The position numbers were made by a program, and so were the translations under genes. A model generated the notes under the pieces. That model was not told where the DNA came from. It ran no database searches and saw only the letters and a list, made by a program, of their open reading frames with translations. Of a stretch of DNA of 35,289 nucleotides, positions 34,524 through 35,289 are shown piece by piece; the first letter of the stretch is position 1, and each line of letters opens with the position of its first letter. The stretch is from Candidatus Enterousia sp. (GTDB lineage: Bacteria; Pseudomonadota; Alphaproteobacteria; Rs-D84): positions 1 to 35,289 of the forward strand of contig JAZRAD010000049.1 of assembly GCA_045634405.1 (NCBI GenBank), read 5' to 3'.

Positions 34524-34546
34524 ATCCCCAAACGGGGATTTTTTTT
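34524..34546. terminator. bidirectional intrinsic terminator
   Basis: Hairpin atccccaaacggggat flanked by A- and T-runs. Lies between convergent genes. Confidence 0.8.
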
Positions 34547-35288
34547 ATGACAGTTTATGAATTACCAAACCACTGCGCAATTTTGGTTCAAACCAAGTTG
34601 TCTTTGGTGGCATGATATTTCCTGTATCTGCAATATCAATAATTTGACGCATTGTAACAGGATACAGTGCAAATGCTGCAACCATTTCACCACTATCAAC
34701 ACGTTTTTGCAATTCACCCAATCCACGAATTCCGCCTACAAAGTCAATTCGTTTACTGGTTCGCAAATCACCCAAATTCAGTATCTTATCAAACACCAAA
34801 TTAGACAGCACAGTTACATCCAAAACCCCAATTGGGTCATTGTCGTTATATGTACCCGCCTTGGCGGTCAAAGAATACCATTTACCATCCAGATACATAC
34901 CAAAGTTATGTAACGCATTTGGTTTATAGATTTCCGCACCCATTTCCACAACATCAAAAGATTCAGACAGTTTTTCCAAGAACTGAGTTGATGTTAAACC
35001 ATTTAAGTCTTTGACCAAACGGTTATAGTCAATAATCTTTAATTGGCTTTCTGGGAAAATCACCGCCAAGAAATAATTATATTCTTCTTCGCCTGTGTGA
35101 TTTGGATTTTGTTCACGTTTTTCTGCACCGACACGTGCGGCTGCCGCAGTGCGATGATGACCATCTGCAACATACAGCGCAGGAATTTCCGCAAATATTT
35201 CTGTAATACGTTTATTTACATTTGCATCACGAATTACCCAGAAAGTATGTCCAAATCCATCTGGCGCAACAAAGTCATATTCTGGTTC
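34545..35288 (-). CDS. DUF1015-family protein (N-terminus beyond window edge)
   Basis: The frame stays open to the window end: ...LYVADGHHRTAAAAR...NYFLAVIFPESQLKIIDYNR...IMPPKTTWFEPKLRSGLVIHKL. ADGHHR and PPKxTxFxPKLxSGL are the family hallmarks. The internal TTG start in the ORF track is an artefact. Confidence 0.85.
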   Translation of the reverse strand, partial: EPEYDFVAPDGFGHTFWVIRDANVNKRITEIFAEIPALYVADGHHRTAAAARVGAEKREQNPNHTGEEEYNYFLAVIFPESQLKIIDYNRLVKDLNGLTSTQFLEKLSESFDVVEMGAEIYKPNALHNFGMYLDGKWYSLTAKAGTYNDNDPIGVLDVTVLSNLVFDKILNLGDLRTSKRIDFVGGIRGLGELQKRVDSGEMVAAFALYPVTMRQIIDIADTGNIMPPKTTWFEPKLRSGLVIHKLS

Positions 35289-35289
35289 T

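Noticed and set aside
13802-34539. A family of similar hairpins (atgccccaaacggggcat at 13802, atgccccaatggggcat at 20273, atccccaaacggggat at 34524, aatcccccgattgggggatt at 20931, atccctaatcagggat at 15780, acccgccaaacggcgggt at 20363), considered as a possible dispersed mobile repeat
   Set aside because: Each sits exactly at a gene end with flanking A/T runs, and the stems differ in sequence. They are most simply ordinary intrinsic terminators with GC-rich stems in an AT-rich genome.

Overview
This is an AT-rich chromosomal segment from a diderm (Gram-negative) bacterium. It may be an alphaproteobacterium-like, host-associated lineage; that is a weak inference from the IF-1 sequence, the ankyrin and Pmp-type surface proteins, and a choloylglycine-hydrolase gene. 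Housekeeping genes I recognise: infA (5'-truncated), a class A PBP, an MsbA-like ABC exporter, a HAD phosphatase, an FKBP-type PPIase lipoprotein, a small OMP beta-barrel, an orphan VirB11-family ATPase, an Ntn choloylglycine-hydrolase-family enzyme, a DUF1015-type protein (truncated at the right edge) and one tRNA-Gln(CUG). The rest is dominated by envelope and surface genes. These are a 1205-aa ankyrin-repeat protein with a C-terminal beta-barrel, a ~1375-aa Pmp-like (GGAI-repeat) autotransporter, a (PK)n-repeat anchored protein, and six Sec-signal, cysteine-rich proteins that share C-x6-C-x4-C type modules and match no family I know. The clearest accessory region is a ~4.3 kb islet at 26.5-30.8 kb with no integrase. 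It sits between the intact tRNA-Gln and a duplicated copy of that tRNA's promoter plus its first 40 nt. It carries a tightly packed 4-gene operon: a Dam-like MTase, a DpnA-like beta-class MTase, a 180-aa PD-(D/E)XK protein and a 425-aa wHTH/DUF3644-like protein. The operon is bracketed by short repeated motifs. Other structural oddities: a 54-55 bp duplication of the PBP gene's 3' end flanks the ABC-transporter gene; a relatively GC/C-rich palindromic element lies in an intergenic region; there are in-frame micro- and minisatellites; and several small orphan genes lie next to the tRNA. All functional calls come from motif recognition by eye. No database search was run.
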